This document shows, in pieces, positions 19,893 to 29,475 of a DNA stretch of 64,000 nucleotides. The notes beneath the pieces are model-generated. The model saw only the letters and a program-made list of their open reading frames with translations. It searched no databases and was not told where the DNA came from. Source of the DNA: Lachnospiraceae bacterium (GTDB lineage: Bacteria; Bacillota; Clostridia; Lachnospirales; Lachnospiraceae); the NCBI GenBank assembly GCA_016280465.1, contig JAEEGT010000043.1, forward strand, positions 985 through 64,984, in the 5' to 3' direction. Position 1 is the first letter of the stretch. The number at the start of each line of letters is the position of its first letter. The position numbers were made by a program, and so were the translations under genes.

Positions 19893-22622
19893 ATGCGAAT
19901 TTCCTTTGAAAACCGTGACCTTGCGGAAGTTAAAAGAGCAACGGAAAACCATCCTCAGAACCCCGGCGTTTCTCTTCGGGGTGTTTCCGATGCATTCGAT
20001 GTTTCAAGCGCGATCTCAGACGGCAAAGGTGCCTATGAAAGCAAGCGCACTTCCCTTGAAGATTTTAAAAACGGAATAAAGGATATAGATGTAAAGAACA
20101 CTCAGGACTATATGACCGTTATGGCTCACACCGTATCAAGTGAGGATTACGGCGAAATGGTCAAAGAAGGGGTGAACCCCATGAGTGCCGAGGTAAAGGA
20201 CAGTGTGACCATCCTAGACCGGATCAAGCTTGAAGTTGCCAAGGGCGGAACCGTGATAGAGGGCTTTACCGACACACTTTCGGAAGAGACCATAGAAGCC
20301 ATGACCGGCAGCCGTAAGATAAACGGTGGATTAAGTATCCCCGAATACGATGTCACGGTGGATAACGATGCGATAAAAGAGTCGGTGCAGGCTTTTAAAG
20401 AATTATCCGACGTTACCGAGATGACCGACGGTATGAAGAAATATTTTCTTCTTTCCGGTAAGGATGTTACGGTTGGATATCTGTATCTTGCAAAGCACAG
20501 CGTGGAAGGCTTTGATTCAAAGAATCCCGGTCCTTCCGGCTATTTTTCCATAGAAGCGCCCGGATATCTTGCAAAGCGCGGCGACAACTCAAGTGAAAAC
20601 CTGACAGAACGGGTCAGAGACCTTCTTTCCGGTCTTTCATTGCCCACGGACGAAGAAACCGTTAAAAACGGAGAGTGGCTGGTGGACAATTCCGTTTGTG
20701 TCAACGGCGAAAACCTTGACAGACTTGCGGAACTTAACAGTATAAGCCTTCCCGTATCCCGCGAAAATTTCGTAAAGGTTGCAGCCTCTGCCCTGGCCGA
20801 AGGAAAACGCCCCGCAGAGGGAGATCTTCTGCGGACGGAGAGCATCTACAACGAAGCGGTCAGGCTCACCCGTGTGATGGAAGAAACCCGTCTTAAGATG
20901 ACGGCAGAAGCAAATCTCATGCTCCTTAAAAGCGACTATCATATAGACACAAAAGATTTGGAAGCCTACGTGGAAGCCCTTAAGTCCGTCGAAGCAACGG
21001 AAGGATATAAGGAACTGAAAGCAGTGGCCGTGACCGCGGAAACCGTGGAAGCGGTAAAGACCCTTCCGGCAGCGGTCCTGGCTCCTATATCCTTAAAGAT
21101 CAACGAAGTCAGCCTGTCGGGCATACTTGATGAGGGTGCCCCCATACAGGCAAGATTTGAGGCGGCGGGACTTGCTTACGAGCAGGTGGGAACACAGGTG
21201 AGAAAAGATCTGGGTGACTCCATAAAGAAAGCCTTCAGAAATGTGGATGAGATCCTTAAAGAAACGGGAATGGATCTTACACCCGAAAACCGCAGAGCCG
21301 TAAGGATCCTCGGTTACAACAGCATGGCCATAAACAAAGAATCAGTGGAAAGAGTCAAAGAAGCGGATATCAAGGTATCGGGAATACTTCGAAGGATCAC
21401 CCCGGAAGACACTCTTAAGCTGATCCGAAACGGAAAATCCCCCATCGAGATGAGCGTTAAGGAATTAAGCGATTATCTGGATCAAAAGGAAGATTCCGTA
21501 AAGGAAGAAATAGAAAAATACTCCAAGTTCCTTTATAAACTGGAACGAAACGGTGACATTTCCGAGGAAGAACGAAGAGAATACATCGAAGTATACCGAT
21601 TCTTCCATAAGCTGGAAAAAACTGATTTTGCCGCCGTGGGCAGCGTACTCAATGCAGGTAATGAGCTTACCATCGGCAATCTTAAGACAGCGATGAAGAC
21701 CGCAAAATACCGCGGAATGGATATAAAGGTGGACGAGTCTTTCGGATTCCTGGTATCCGATATAAGAAACGAATTATCTCCCGAAAGGATCGCAAAGACC
21801 GAATTCAACGATTCAACTTCTCTGGATGCACTCTACAAGGGACTTTCCGAGGCCGAAGTCACCGATGAATACGATGAAGCCTGGAACAAAGAGCAGTATG
21901 CGGAAATGAAGCAGGCTTTAAAGACTCCGGAAGAGGCGGTCACCGAGCTTGTGATGAACAAGGTTCCCGTTACGGCGGAAAACCTGAATGCGGCCTTTTC
22001 CCTCATGAAGCGGCGCGGCAGTGCTTTTGCCGAAGCTTTTGAAAGCGACGGACTTGACGGCGCAGCGGAAAGCGAAAAACTGACTGAGGCATTCGAAGAT
22101 AAAGAAAGTGCCGCAGAAACCTATACAGAACTTGCGGATTCCGCCATGGAAGCAGTGGGTGAAAGTGCTCTTTCCAAGGACAGGTACGTGGATGTAAGAG
22201 CTTTAAAACTTGCTTTTACCGAATTGTCACTGGTAAAGAGATATTCCGAAAGCGAAACCTATCATGTTCCCGTGGAGATCTCCGGCGAACTGACGGACGT
22301 GACCTTAAAGATCGTCCACAACCCGGACGAGGAGGCCAACGTGGTAATCTCCGCATATACGGAAGAACTTGGCAGGATCGGAGCCAGACTCTTTGTTGAA
22401 AATGACGAAATTACAGGTTTTATCACATGTAATTACAAAGATGCCCTCACGAAATGCAAAGAACTTGCCGATAAAATAAGTGGCGGCATAAATGTTGTTC
22501 TTTCTAAGGGTTCGGATGACAAGGATTACAAGATCCCCATGAGAAAGAATGATGACACCGTTCCCACAGGAATGCTTTACAAGGCAGCGAAGAGATTCCT
22601 TGAAGCAGTAAAGACCCTGTAG
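19893..22622 (+). CDS. Large flagellar-associated protein (DUF6240-like) with FliK-like C-terminal domain (start moved to ATG 19893)
   Basis: AAAGGA RBS; C-terminal VPVEISGELTDVTLKI...TEELGRIGARL resembles FliK C-terminal fold; directly upstream of flagellin. Confidence 0.6.
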   Translation: MRISFENRDLAEVKRATENHPQNPGVSLRGVSDAFDVSSAISDGKGAYESKRTSLEDFKNGIKDIDVKNTQDYMTVMAHTVSSEDYGEMVKEGVNPMSAEVKDSVTILDRIKLEVAKGGTVIEGFTDTLSEETIEAMTGSRKINGGLSIPEYDVTVDNDAIKESVQAFKELSDVTEMTDGMKKYFLLSGKDVTVGYLYLAKHSVEGFDSKNPGPSGYFSIEAPGYLAKRGDNSSENLTERVRDLLSGLSLPTDEETVKNGEWLVDNSVCVNGENLDRLAELNSISLPVSRENFVKVAASALAEGKRPAEGDLLRTESIYNEAVRLTRVMEETRLKMTAEANLMLLKSDYHIDTKDLEAYVEALKSVEATEGYKELKAVAVTAETVEAVKTLPAAVLAPISLKINEVSLSGILDEGAPIQARFEAAGLAYEQVGTQVRKDLGDSIKKAFRNVDEILKETGMDLTPENRRAVRILGYNSMAINKESVERVKEADIKVSGILRRITPEDTLKLIRNGKSPIEMSVKELSDYLDQKEDSVKEEIEKYSKFLYKLERNGDISEEERREYIEVYRFFHKLEKTDFAAVGSVLNAGNELTIGNLKTAMKTAKYRGMDIKVDESFGFLVSDIRNELSPERIAKTEFNDSTSLDALYKGLSEAEVTDEYDEAWNKEQYAEMKQALKTPEEAVTELVMNKVPVTAENLNAAFSLMKRRGSAFAEAFESDGLDGAAESEKLTEAFEDKESAAETYTELADSAMEAVGESALSKDRYVDVRALKLAFTELSLVKRYSESETYHVPVEISGELTDVTLKIVHNPDEEANVVISAYTEELGRIGARLFVENDEITGFITCNYKDALTKCKELADKISGGINVVLSKGSDDKDYKIPMRKNDDTVPTGMLYKAAKRFLEAVKTL

Positions 22623-22660
22623 ATTCAAGAAATGATCCCCGACAGAAAGGAATACACTAA

Positions 22661-23758
22661 ATGAAGATCAACTACAATATCTCAGCTATGGTTGCCAACA
22701 GCGCTTTGCAGAAGAACGACGGAGCACTCGGAAATTCTCTTGAAAAGCTTTCTTCGGGATTAAAGATCAACCATGCAAAGGATAATGCTTCGGGACTTGC
22801 CATGGCCCGTCGTATGAATGCACAGATAAGAAGTCTTGAAGTTGCCAACCAGAACAGTAACGACGGTATTTCCGTTATTGAGATCGCCGAGGGTGCTCTT
22901 CAGGAAGTTGAAGATATGGTCCAGAGAATGAACGAGCTTGCCATCAAGGCCTGCAACGGAACCATTGAAGATACTGACCGCAAGGCCATCGACGATGAGA
23001 TAAAGCAGTTAAAAGAAGAGATCGAGCGTATCTCCAAGGCTACCATGTACAACGGACAGGTGCTTCTTGACGGAAGCTTCGACGTAAAGGGCTATACCGA
23101 CAATCTCGACCTTAAAGTAACCACCTACAGCGACGAAGTAAGGAGCGGTGAGTATACCATTGATTCCCTTACGGCGGTGTTCGTAGACGGCAAGCTTGAT
23201 CCCAATCAGTGCAGTTTCACCGGCGGCACCGGATTTCCCGCCGACAGCAAAGCTACCTTCGAGAATGACAGCCTTGTTGTCGAAGGAGCCAACGGTTTCA
23301 AGATGGAGTTCATGATCAAGCAGGATATGAGTGCATCAAGCATCAATATCGATGTTACCGGTCTTGGCGAGATGCGCATGCAGATCGGTACCAATGAAGG
23401 CCAGGAGCTGGATGTCAGGATCTCCGCCATCAGTTTGAGAACCCTTGGCATTGAAGGCTACGACTGCCTTACAAAAGAAAATTCCGAGAAATTCTTAGAC
23501 AGAATGGATATAGCCATATCTTATATCAACGAGGCACGGAGCAAACTGGGTGCCTACCAGAACAGACTGGAGCATACCGTGAATACTCTGGATGTGTCAG
23601 AGGAAAACATGACGGCTGCTTATTCCAGGATCATGGACGTGGATATGGCGGAAGAAATGACCGAATATACCAAGAACAACGTGCTGGTACAGGCAGGAAC
23701 CAGCATGCTTGCACAGGCCAACGAAAGACCTTCGTCGGTTTTACAGCTGTTACAATAA
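22661..23758 (+). CDS. fliC: Flagellin
   Basis: EKLSSGLKINHAKDNASGL, QRMNELA, RSKLGAYQNRLEH, SRIMDVDMAEEM, MLAQAN...VLQLLQ. Confidence 0.96.
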   Translation: MKINYNISAMVANSALQKNDGALGNSLEKLSSGLKINHAKDNASGLAMARRMNAQIRSLEVANQNSNDGISVIEIAEGALQEVEDMVQRMNELAIKACNGTIEDTDRKAIDDEIKQLKEEIERISKATMYNGQVLLDGSFDVKGYTDNLDLKVTTYSDEVRSGEYTIDSLTAVFVDGKLDPNQCSFTGGTGFPADSKATFENDSLVVEGANGFKMEFMIKQDMSASSINIDVTGLGEMRMQIGTNEGQELDVRISAISLRTLGIEGYDCLTKENSEKFLDRMDIAISYINEARSKLGAYQNRLEHTVNTLDVSEENMTAAYSRIMDVDMAEEMTEYTKNNVLVQAGTSMLAQANERPSSVLQLLQ

Positions 23759-23847
23759 TCATCGAACTCAGGCTCTGTGTTCCGGATCTTAGGACAAAGA
23801 AAATGAGGGAGAGTGCCTTGCAGTGCGGGTAAGTCAGGAGGGGTAGC

Positions 23848-24324
23848 ATGAACAAGGACATGATCAGAGAATTCACTATGAGAGTATCAAGCGCCAACAA
23901 GACTGAAATGGTGGTAATACTCTACGACATTGCCATAACCTATATCGGCGATGCCAAAAAGGCCCTTGCCAAGGGCGACAAACCTACCTTCCGTCTGGAA
24001 GTGGGGCATATAAGGAACACTGTGAAGGAGCTTATGGATTCCGTAAACACAAGTACCGACATAGGCCTTAATCTTATGCGGCTTTATGTGTTCTGTAACG
24101 GCGAACTGACCAGAGCTTTCTTAGACTATTCCGAGGAGCCCTTAAACCATGTGTACAATACTCTCAGTAAGTTGCGGGAAGGTTACGCCGAGGTGAGCCG
24201 TCAGGATACTTCCGGTCCCGTGATGGTAAATACCGAGAGAGTCTATTCCGGACTTACCTACAACAAAAAGAGGCTTAACGAGTATATGTCATCATCGGAA
24301 GGAAACCGGGGGATACTGGCATAA
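23848..24324 (+). CDS. fliS: Flagellin chaperone FliS family protein
   Basis: SANKTEMVVILYD, ELMDSVN, NLMRLYVF, LREGY pattern; follows flagellin; AGGAGG RBS. Confidence 0.8.
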   Translation: MNKDMIREFTMRVSSANKTEMVVILYDIAITYIGDAKKALAKGDKPTFRLEVGHIRNTVKELMDSVNTSTDIGLNLMRLYVFCNGELTRAFLDYSEEPLNHVYNTLSKLREGYAEVSRQDTSGPVMVNTERVYSGLTYNKKRLNEYMSSSEGNRGILA

Positions 24325-24397
24325 ACTGCGTACAATATAATCATAAGAAATGATTCACACGCGAAATTTGTTTTTTGACATGTAAAAACCGCGTAAA

Positions 24398-24443
24398 ACC
24401 GAGGATTTGAAGCTGCTTCGACTCCTCGGTCTTTTATTTTTTT
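24398..24443 (+). terminator. Intrinsic terminator after fliS
   Basis: ACCGAGGA...TCCTCGGT stem followed by T tract. Confidence 0.7.
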
Positions 24444-24483
24444 GACAGTTTTTCACAAAAAAGAAGAATCTTTTAAAAAGCTA

Positions 24484-24512
24484 TTTACAAAACATCCGGG
24501 CATAAATATAAT
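24484..24512 (+). promoter_or_regulatory. SigA promoter of the Tad operon
   Basis: TTTACA-17 nt-TATAAT. Confidence 0.7.
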
Positions 24513-24560
24513 CCATTTTACAACTCATGAAGAACGGGTGGTGGTCCAAATGAACTGTTT

Positions 24561-25046
24561 TTGATTCTTGCGGTTCTGTTCGTGACGGTTCTTGTTGACG
24601 TGTGGAAACACAAAATTCCCAACGTCTTTCTGATTCTTCTCATTTTGATTCAGATACTGTCTAAATCCATTTCAGCAACACATTATCTAACAGTCGGTTT
24701 TATCTTTTTTATCTTATTTTTCTTTTTTTCCATCGGAGCCATAGGTGCGGGAGACGTTAAACTCATAACGGTCCTGAATCTTTCCGCAGCGGATCCTCTG
24801 AAATATACCTGTATAGTTTTTACGGTCGGAGCGATCATCTCCTTATTCAGGATGCTTGCGGGAAAAAACCTGATTGTCAGGCTTTGCCATCTCAGGAACT
24901 ATATAGGAACATCCATGTCTGAAGGCAGGGTCATGCCTTATTTAAAGGGCAACGAAACCCCGGAGGAAAAAAAGAGATATTCGGTTCATCTTTCAATTCC
25001 TGTATTTCTTGCATATCTTGCTGTGTGCATTATCCCTGTTTTATGA
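24561..25046 (+). CDS. A24 prepilin peptidase (TadV/CpaA-like) 1; true start may be ATG 24550 across a T5 frameshift
   Basis: DVWKHKIPN and IGAGDVKL aspartate motifs; hydrophobic. Confidence 0.85.
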   Translation: MILAVLFVTVLVDVWKHKIPNVFLILLILIQILSKSISATHYLTVGFIFFILFFFFSIGAIGAGDVKLITVLNLSAADPLKYTCIVFTVGAIISLFRMLAGKNLIVRLCHLRNYIGTSMSEGRVMPYLKGNETPEEKKRYSVHLSIPVFLAYLAVCIIPVL

Positions 25047-25084
25047 CCTTTCATTCAGGCGGGAATTGTGTTTCGGAGGATTAG

Positions 25085-26083
25085 GTGAATAAAAAAACTT
25101 TCGTGATTTACGACACTGATGAAAACTATTCCAGAAGATTGTGGGAGTACCTGCAAAGCAGGCTTAAAGACAGTCACGAGATACTGCTGTTTACGGAAAG
25201 AAAAGCACTGGCAGAGTATTTGAGCACCGCGCGTGCGGATGTGCTTCTTTCTGCAGAGGAAATTCCGGAGGGTGTAAAAGAAGACAGTGTAGCCTGTTAT
25301 GTCAGACTGTCTGAAATAAGACCCGCTGAGGAAACGGAAGCTGCAGTTTATAAGTTTTCTTCCGCAGATTCTTTGCTACGCGAAGTCATGAGTTTTTGCG
25401 CTGCCGGCACCGCTGCTGACACGGGATTTTCACGGACCGGGGAACCGATGGAAATTATCGGGATTTATTCACCCGTAAAAAGGTGCTTCCAGACCACCTT
25501 TGCGGTCACGCTGGGACAGATCCGGGCGAAGAAGGGCAAAACATTATACCTGAATTTCGAGAGTTTTTCCGGATTTGACATACTTGAGGGGAAAAAGCAG
25601 AAAACAGATCTGATGGATCTTCTGTATTTTTCCGAATGCGGAACCGGGTCCTTTGAGTACAGGGTCAGCAGCCTGGCGGAGCAGATAGGAGAACTTGATT
25701 ATATCCCTCCCGCAAGAATGTATACAAGATACCGGGATGTAGACAAATGTCAGTGGTTAAAGCTTATCGAACGGATCAGGACGGAAACCTGTTATGAGTG
25801 TCTGATCCTGGATCTTTCGGAGCAGGTGGCAGGACTTTTCGAGGTCCTGAAAGAATGCGACAGGATCTATTCCATGGTGGGCAATGACGGAAGTGCCTCC
25901 GCCAAATTCGCCCAGTACGAAGCGCTTCTGTCGGAAGCCGGGTGCAAGGAAGTCATTGATAAGACCATGAGGATAGAGATGCCGAAGTTTAAGGAAATAC
26001 CGGACAATTTTGCCATGCTGCCTTATTCGGAACTGGCGGATTACATTAAAAAACTGGTGAATGAACAGGATGCGGACAAATGA
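25085..26083 (+). CDS. TadZ/CpaE-like protein (receiver-like domain + degenerate ParA/MinD domain)
   Basis: VIYDTDENY receiver-like start; IIGIYSPVKRCFQTTFA deviant P-loop; TLYLNFE; LILDL; precedes CpaF. Confidence 0.75.
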   Translation: MNKKTFVIYDTDENYSRRLWEYLQSRLKDSHEILLFTERKALAEYLSTARADVLLSAEEIPEGVKEDSVACYVRLSEIRPAEETEAAVYKFSSADSLLREVMSFCAAGTAADTGFSRTGEPMEIIGIYSPVKRCFQTTFAVTLGQIRAKKGKTLYLNFESFSGFDILEGKKQKTDLMDLLYFSECGTGSFEYRVSSLAEQIGELDYIPPARMYTRYRDVDKCQWLKLIERIRTETCYECLILDLSEQVAGLFEVLKECDRIYSMVGNDGSASAKFAQYEALLSEAGCKEVIDKTMRIEMPKFKEIPDNFAMLPYSELADYIKKLVNEQDADK

Positions 26084-27288
26084 ATTTTGAAGAGATCAAG
26101 GAAACGATCCGTGCCGGGGTAGTGGTGGCAATGGACTTTTCCAGAGAATTGACGGACGAAGAGGTTCTTTCCCTGATCGATGAAGGGATCCTCAAATTTG
26201 AGACCAGAGGAAGCATTTCACTGGGAGAAAGGATCCGGCTGAAACGGGAGATCTTCAATTCGCTCCGAAAGCTGGATATCATCCAGGAATATCTGGAGGA
26301 TGACAGGATAACGGAGATCATGATCAACGGAAGGGAAGGGATTTTCCTTGAAAAGAACGGCAGGGTCATCAGAAGCGAAAAGTGCTTCAAACGCGACGGA
26401 AGGCTGGAGGACATTGTTCAGCAGATAGTTGCGGGATGCAACAGAAGCGTCAATGAAGCTTCACCCATAGCCGATGCCAGACTTCCTTCCGGAGAAAGGG
26501 TGAACATAGTCCTTCCTCCGGTTGCGATAAACGGTCCCATAGTCACGATCAGGCGGTTCCCGTCACTTCCCATCAACATGGACAGACTGGTGGAAATTGG
26601 ATCTGTCACCAAAGAAGCCGCGGCATTCTTAAAAAGGCTTGTAATCGCGGGATACAATATTTTTATTTCAGGTGGAACCGGTTCCGGTAAGACCACTTTC
26701 TTAAATGCATTATCGCAGTTTATTCCATCCAAAGAACGTATCATCACCATTGAAGACAGTGCGGAACTGAAACTTTTGAATGCAGAAAATCTGGTACGTC
26801 TCGAAGCCAGGATCCCCAATTCCGAAGAAGCAAGACCCATATCCATAAGAGAACTTATAAAGACAGCCCTGAGAATGCGGCCGGAACGGATCGTAGTGGG
26901 AGAATGTCGCGGTGAAGAGGCCCTTGATATGCTTCAGGCCATGAATACGGGTCACGACGGAAGTCTTTCCACAGGTCACGCAAATTCATCGAAGGATATG
27001 CTCTCAAGACTGGAAACGATGGTACTTATGGGTGCGGAAATTCCGATTTCTGCCATAAGGAGTCAGATCGCAGGTGGGATCGATGTAATGGTACATCTTA
27101 CAAGGATGCGTGACGGGAGCAGAAAAGTGATGGAAATATCAGAGATAATGGGGATCCGTGAGGGTGAGATCGATCTAAAGACACTGTTTCTTTTTGACGG
27201 AAGAAATCTTGTTAAAAAAGGCGAGCTCACACACAAAGACAAACTTTTTCGGGCTTTTGAGGCAGGAGAGGTCGAGAAGATCCTATGA
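26080..27288 (+). CDS. tadA: Tad pilus assembly ATPase TadA/CpaF
   Basis: GGTGSGKTT, TIEDSAEL, LRMRPERIVVGECRG, MNTGHDGSLSTGHAN. Confidence 0.95.
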   Translation: MNFEEIKETIRAGVVVAMDFSRELTDEEVLSLIDEGILKFETRGSISLGERIRLKREIFNSLRKLDIIQEYLEDDRITEIMINGREGIFLEKNGRVIRSEKCFKRDGRLEDIVQQIVAGCNRSVNEASPIADARLPSGERVNIVLPPVAINGPIVTIRRFPSLPINMDRLVEIGSVTKEAAAFLKRLVIAGYNIFISGGTGSGKTTFLNALSQFIPSKERIITIEDSAELKLLNAENLVRLEARIPNSEEARPISIRELIKTALRMRPERIVVGECRGEEALDMLQAMNTGHDGSLSTGHANSSKDMLSRLETMVLMGAEIPISAIRSQIAGGIDVMVHLTRMRDGSRKVMEISEIMGIREGEIDLKTLFLFDGRNLVKKGELTHKDKLFRAFEAGEVEKIL

Positions 27289-28040
27289 ATTATCAAGTCT
27301 ACAGGCTGAGCCTCAAGGAAACGGCAAAAGCCCTTTGCCTGTATCTGCTCCTATCGGGAGCGGTGGCGTTCTTTTTCTACAGATCTCTGATCGTTTTTGC
27401 GATCCTTGGTCCGGGTGTGTTCCGATTCCTGAGATTCTACGCAGACCGGAAAAAGAAACAGAGACTGAAGGCTTTGAAAGAAGAGTTTTCCGAAACCCTC
27501 AGATGTGTCGGAGGCGGCATGAATGCCGGCCTTTCCATGGAAAACGCGTTTCTGTCGGCCTATGACGATATAAAGCTTTTTTACGGAGACGAAAGTCTGA
27601 TGGCAGAGGAGATCATCAAAATAAGAAAAGGCCTCGAGGTAAATATACCCCTTGAGGAATCCATAAAAGACCTTGCGGTACGCAGCGGGGACGAAGACAT
27701 AGCGGCCTTTTCCGATGTACTTGAATGTGCAAAGCGCTATGGCGGAAATGTCACGGAGGTTTTGAGAGCGACGGCGGACGGAATTCGCGGGAAGATTTGT
27801 GTTGACAAAGAAATCGAACTGTTGATAGCGGAAAAAAAGCTGGAGCTGCGAATGATGGAAGTTATGCCGTTCTTTATCCTGATATATCTCGGGATAACCT
27901 CCGTGGGTTATTTCGATGTTCTCTATGAAGGGATCCCGGGCCGTGTCTTTATGACGGTATGCCTGGCAGTATATATCGCTTCGGTGATACTGGCGGAAAA
28001 AACGGTTTTGTCGGGTCTTACCATGAGGTCTCGACGATGA
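27285..28040 (+). CDS. tadB: TadB-like membrane platform protein
   Basis: T2SSF-type AGLSMENAF...GGNVTEVL; TM helices at both ends; ATGA coupling to tadA. Confidence 0.85.
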   Translation: MNYQVYRLSLKETAKALCLYLLLSGAVAFFFYRSLIVFAILGPGVFRFLRFYADRKKKQRLKALKEEFSETLRCVGGGMNAGLSMENAFLSAYDDIKLFYGDESLMAEEIIKIRKGLEVNIPLEESIKDLAVRSGDEDIAAFSDVLECAKRYGGNVTEVLRATADGIRGKICVDKEIELLIAEKKLELRMMEVMPFFILIYLGITSVGYFDVLYEGIPGRVFMTVCLAVYIASVILAEKTVLSGLTMRSRR

Positions 28041-29281
28041 AAAAAGAGAAGCGAAAGGAAAAACTGATCTACGTCGGAGTGGTGATCCTTGGGATTTTGC
28101 TTTATCTGACCTCGGGGACGAAGAGTGAAAGGATAAAGGATAATGCGTTGCCCCAGAATTCCCCCGGAGGCGAAACAAAGTATTATTCGGTGGATGCCAG
28201 GGTGGGAGAAGATCTTTTGGAGGAACTTGAGATCAGGGTACCTGCAAGGGAATATTCGGAGGAAGAACTTGAGGATCTTCTCAAAGACTGCATCCCCAAA
28301 GCAAAACTGATGCTTTTAAACGGAAACGCGGGTTTTGACAGCGTGGAAGATGACCTGTATTTCTTTGAAAAGATAGAGGGATACCCCTTTTCCTTTGAAT
28401 GGGAGGCGGAAGATCCCGAAAGGATCGGAGTCTTTGGCGAACTGTTATCACAGGAACCCTTTGAGACCCGGATCCGCATGATCGCGTACCACAGATCCTT
28501 TAGCAGGGATTTCGGTATACCCATCCGTGCTGTACCGGGAAAAAGAAAACAGACCGCAATAAAACGCGGAAAGTTACAAAAACTTGTAACGGAACAGCTT
28601 GAAAACAATGCCATGAATAATGCCGAAGGACCCGGGGCCGATAAGGATCCGGAGTCTGCAGAGAAGAACGAACTTATCTTGCCGGACAGCATGGAAGGGG
28701 AAAAAATAGAATATTTTACCGCAGGCGAAAGGAGAAATCCGGCTTATCTCGCGGTTACGGCGGGAGTCTGTTTCGCACTTTGGTACGGTTTTAAAAAGGA
28801 TCGTGAGAAACGTAAGTCTGAGAGGCTCCAAAGGATCAGGGAGGATTTTCCCGGGATGCTCCGCCAAATGACCATGTACCTGTCTGCAGGAATGACAGTC
28901 AGGAATATCTGGTTCTTCCTTTGCGAGGAGGCAGCCGGGAGCGGCAAGCCCCGAAGTCCTCTGACCGAGGAAATGGAGATAACTGTAAATGAACTTAAAA
29001 GCGGGGCTTCCGAAGCGGGAGCATATGCGGACTTCGGAAAAAGAACGGCAATCCCCGAAACCGTGAGGTTTTCTGCACTGTTATCGCAGAACATAAGGAC
29101 AGGCGGCAGCAGACTTTCGGATCTGTTGCGTGAAGAGACCGAAAAAGCCGTGACACAACAAAAGCAACGTGCCGTCAAAGCGGGTGAGGAAGCGGGAACA
29201 AAGCTTCTTTTTCCAATGATGCTACTGCTTGGTGACATGATGGCCATCATAATGGTCCCGGCTTTTATGACAATAGTTTAG
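28037..29281 (+). CDS. tadC: TadC-like platform protein with extracellular N-terminal domain (start moved to ATG 28037)
   Basis: AGMTVRN, FSALLSQN, GEEAGTKLLFPM, VPAF; ATGA overlap with tadB stop. Confidence 0.85.
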   Translation: MKKEKRKEKLIYVGVVILGILLYLTSGTKSERIKDNALPQNSPGGETKYYSVDARVGEDLLEELEIRVPAREYSEEELEDLLKDCIPKAKLMLLNGNAGFDSVEDDLYFFEKIEGYPFSFEWEAEDPERIGVFGELLSQEPFETRIRMIAYHRSFSRDFGIPIRAVPGKRKQTAIKRGKLQKLVTEQLENNAMNNAEGPGADKDPESAEKNELILPDSMEGEKIEYFTAGERRNPAYLAVTAGVCFALWYGFKKDREKRKSERLQRIREDFPGMLRQMTMYLSAGMTVRNIWFFLCEEAAGSGKPRSPLTEEMEITVNELKSGASEAGAYADFGKRTAIPETVRFSALLSQNIRTGGSRLSDLLREETEKAVTQQKQRAVKAGEEAGTKLLFPMMLLLGDMMAIIMVPAFMTIV

Positions 29282-29301
29282 ATCTTAGAAAGGAGACAGA
29301 T

Positions 29302-29475
29302 ATGAAGTGTAAAGGATTCAAAGAACTGATCAAAGAAGAGGACGGAATGGGAACCGTGGAAGTTATCCTGATAATCGTTGTCCTTGTGGCATTGGTGGTC
29401 ATCTTCAAAAAACAGGTCACCCAGATAGTAAATTCACTGTTTGATAAGATCACATCCCAGACAGATCTGCTGTGA
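29302..29475 (+). CDS. flp: Flp1-family type IVb major pilin, 57 aa (absent from ORF track)
   Basis: Manual translation MKCKGFKELIKEEDG|MGTVEVILIIVVLVALVVIFKKQVTQIVNSLFDKITSQTDLL; Gly-1/Glu+5 class III signal; AAGGAG RBS; GTGA coupling to next gene. Confidence 0.92.
   Translation: MKCKGFKELIKEEDGMGTVEVILIIVVLVALVVIFKKQVTQIVNSLFDKITSQTDLL

Noticed and set aside
27351-28178. 275-aa antisense ORF
   Set aside because: Shadow of tadB/tadC; no recognisable domain
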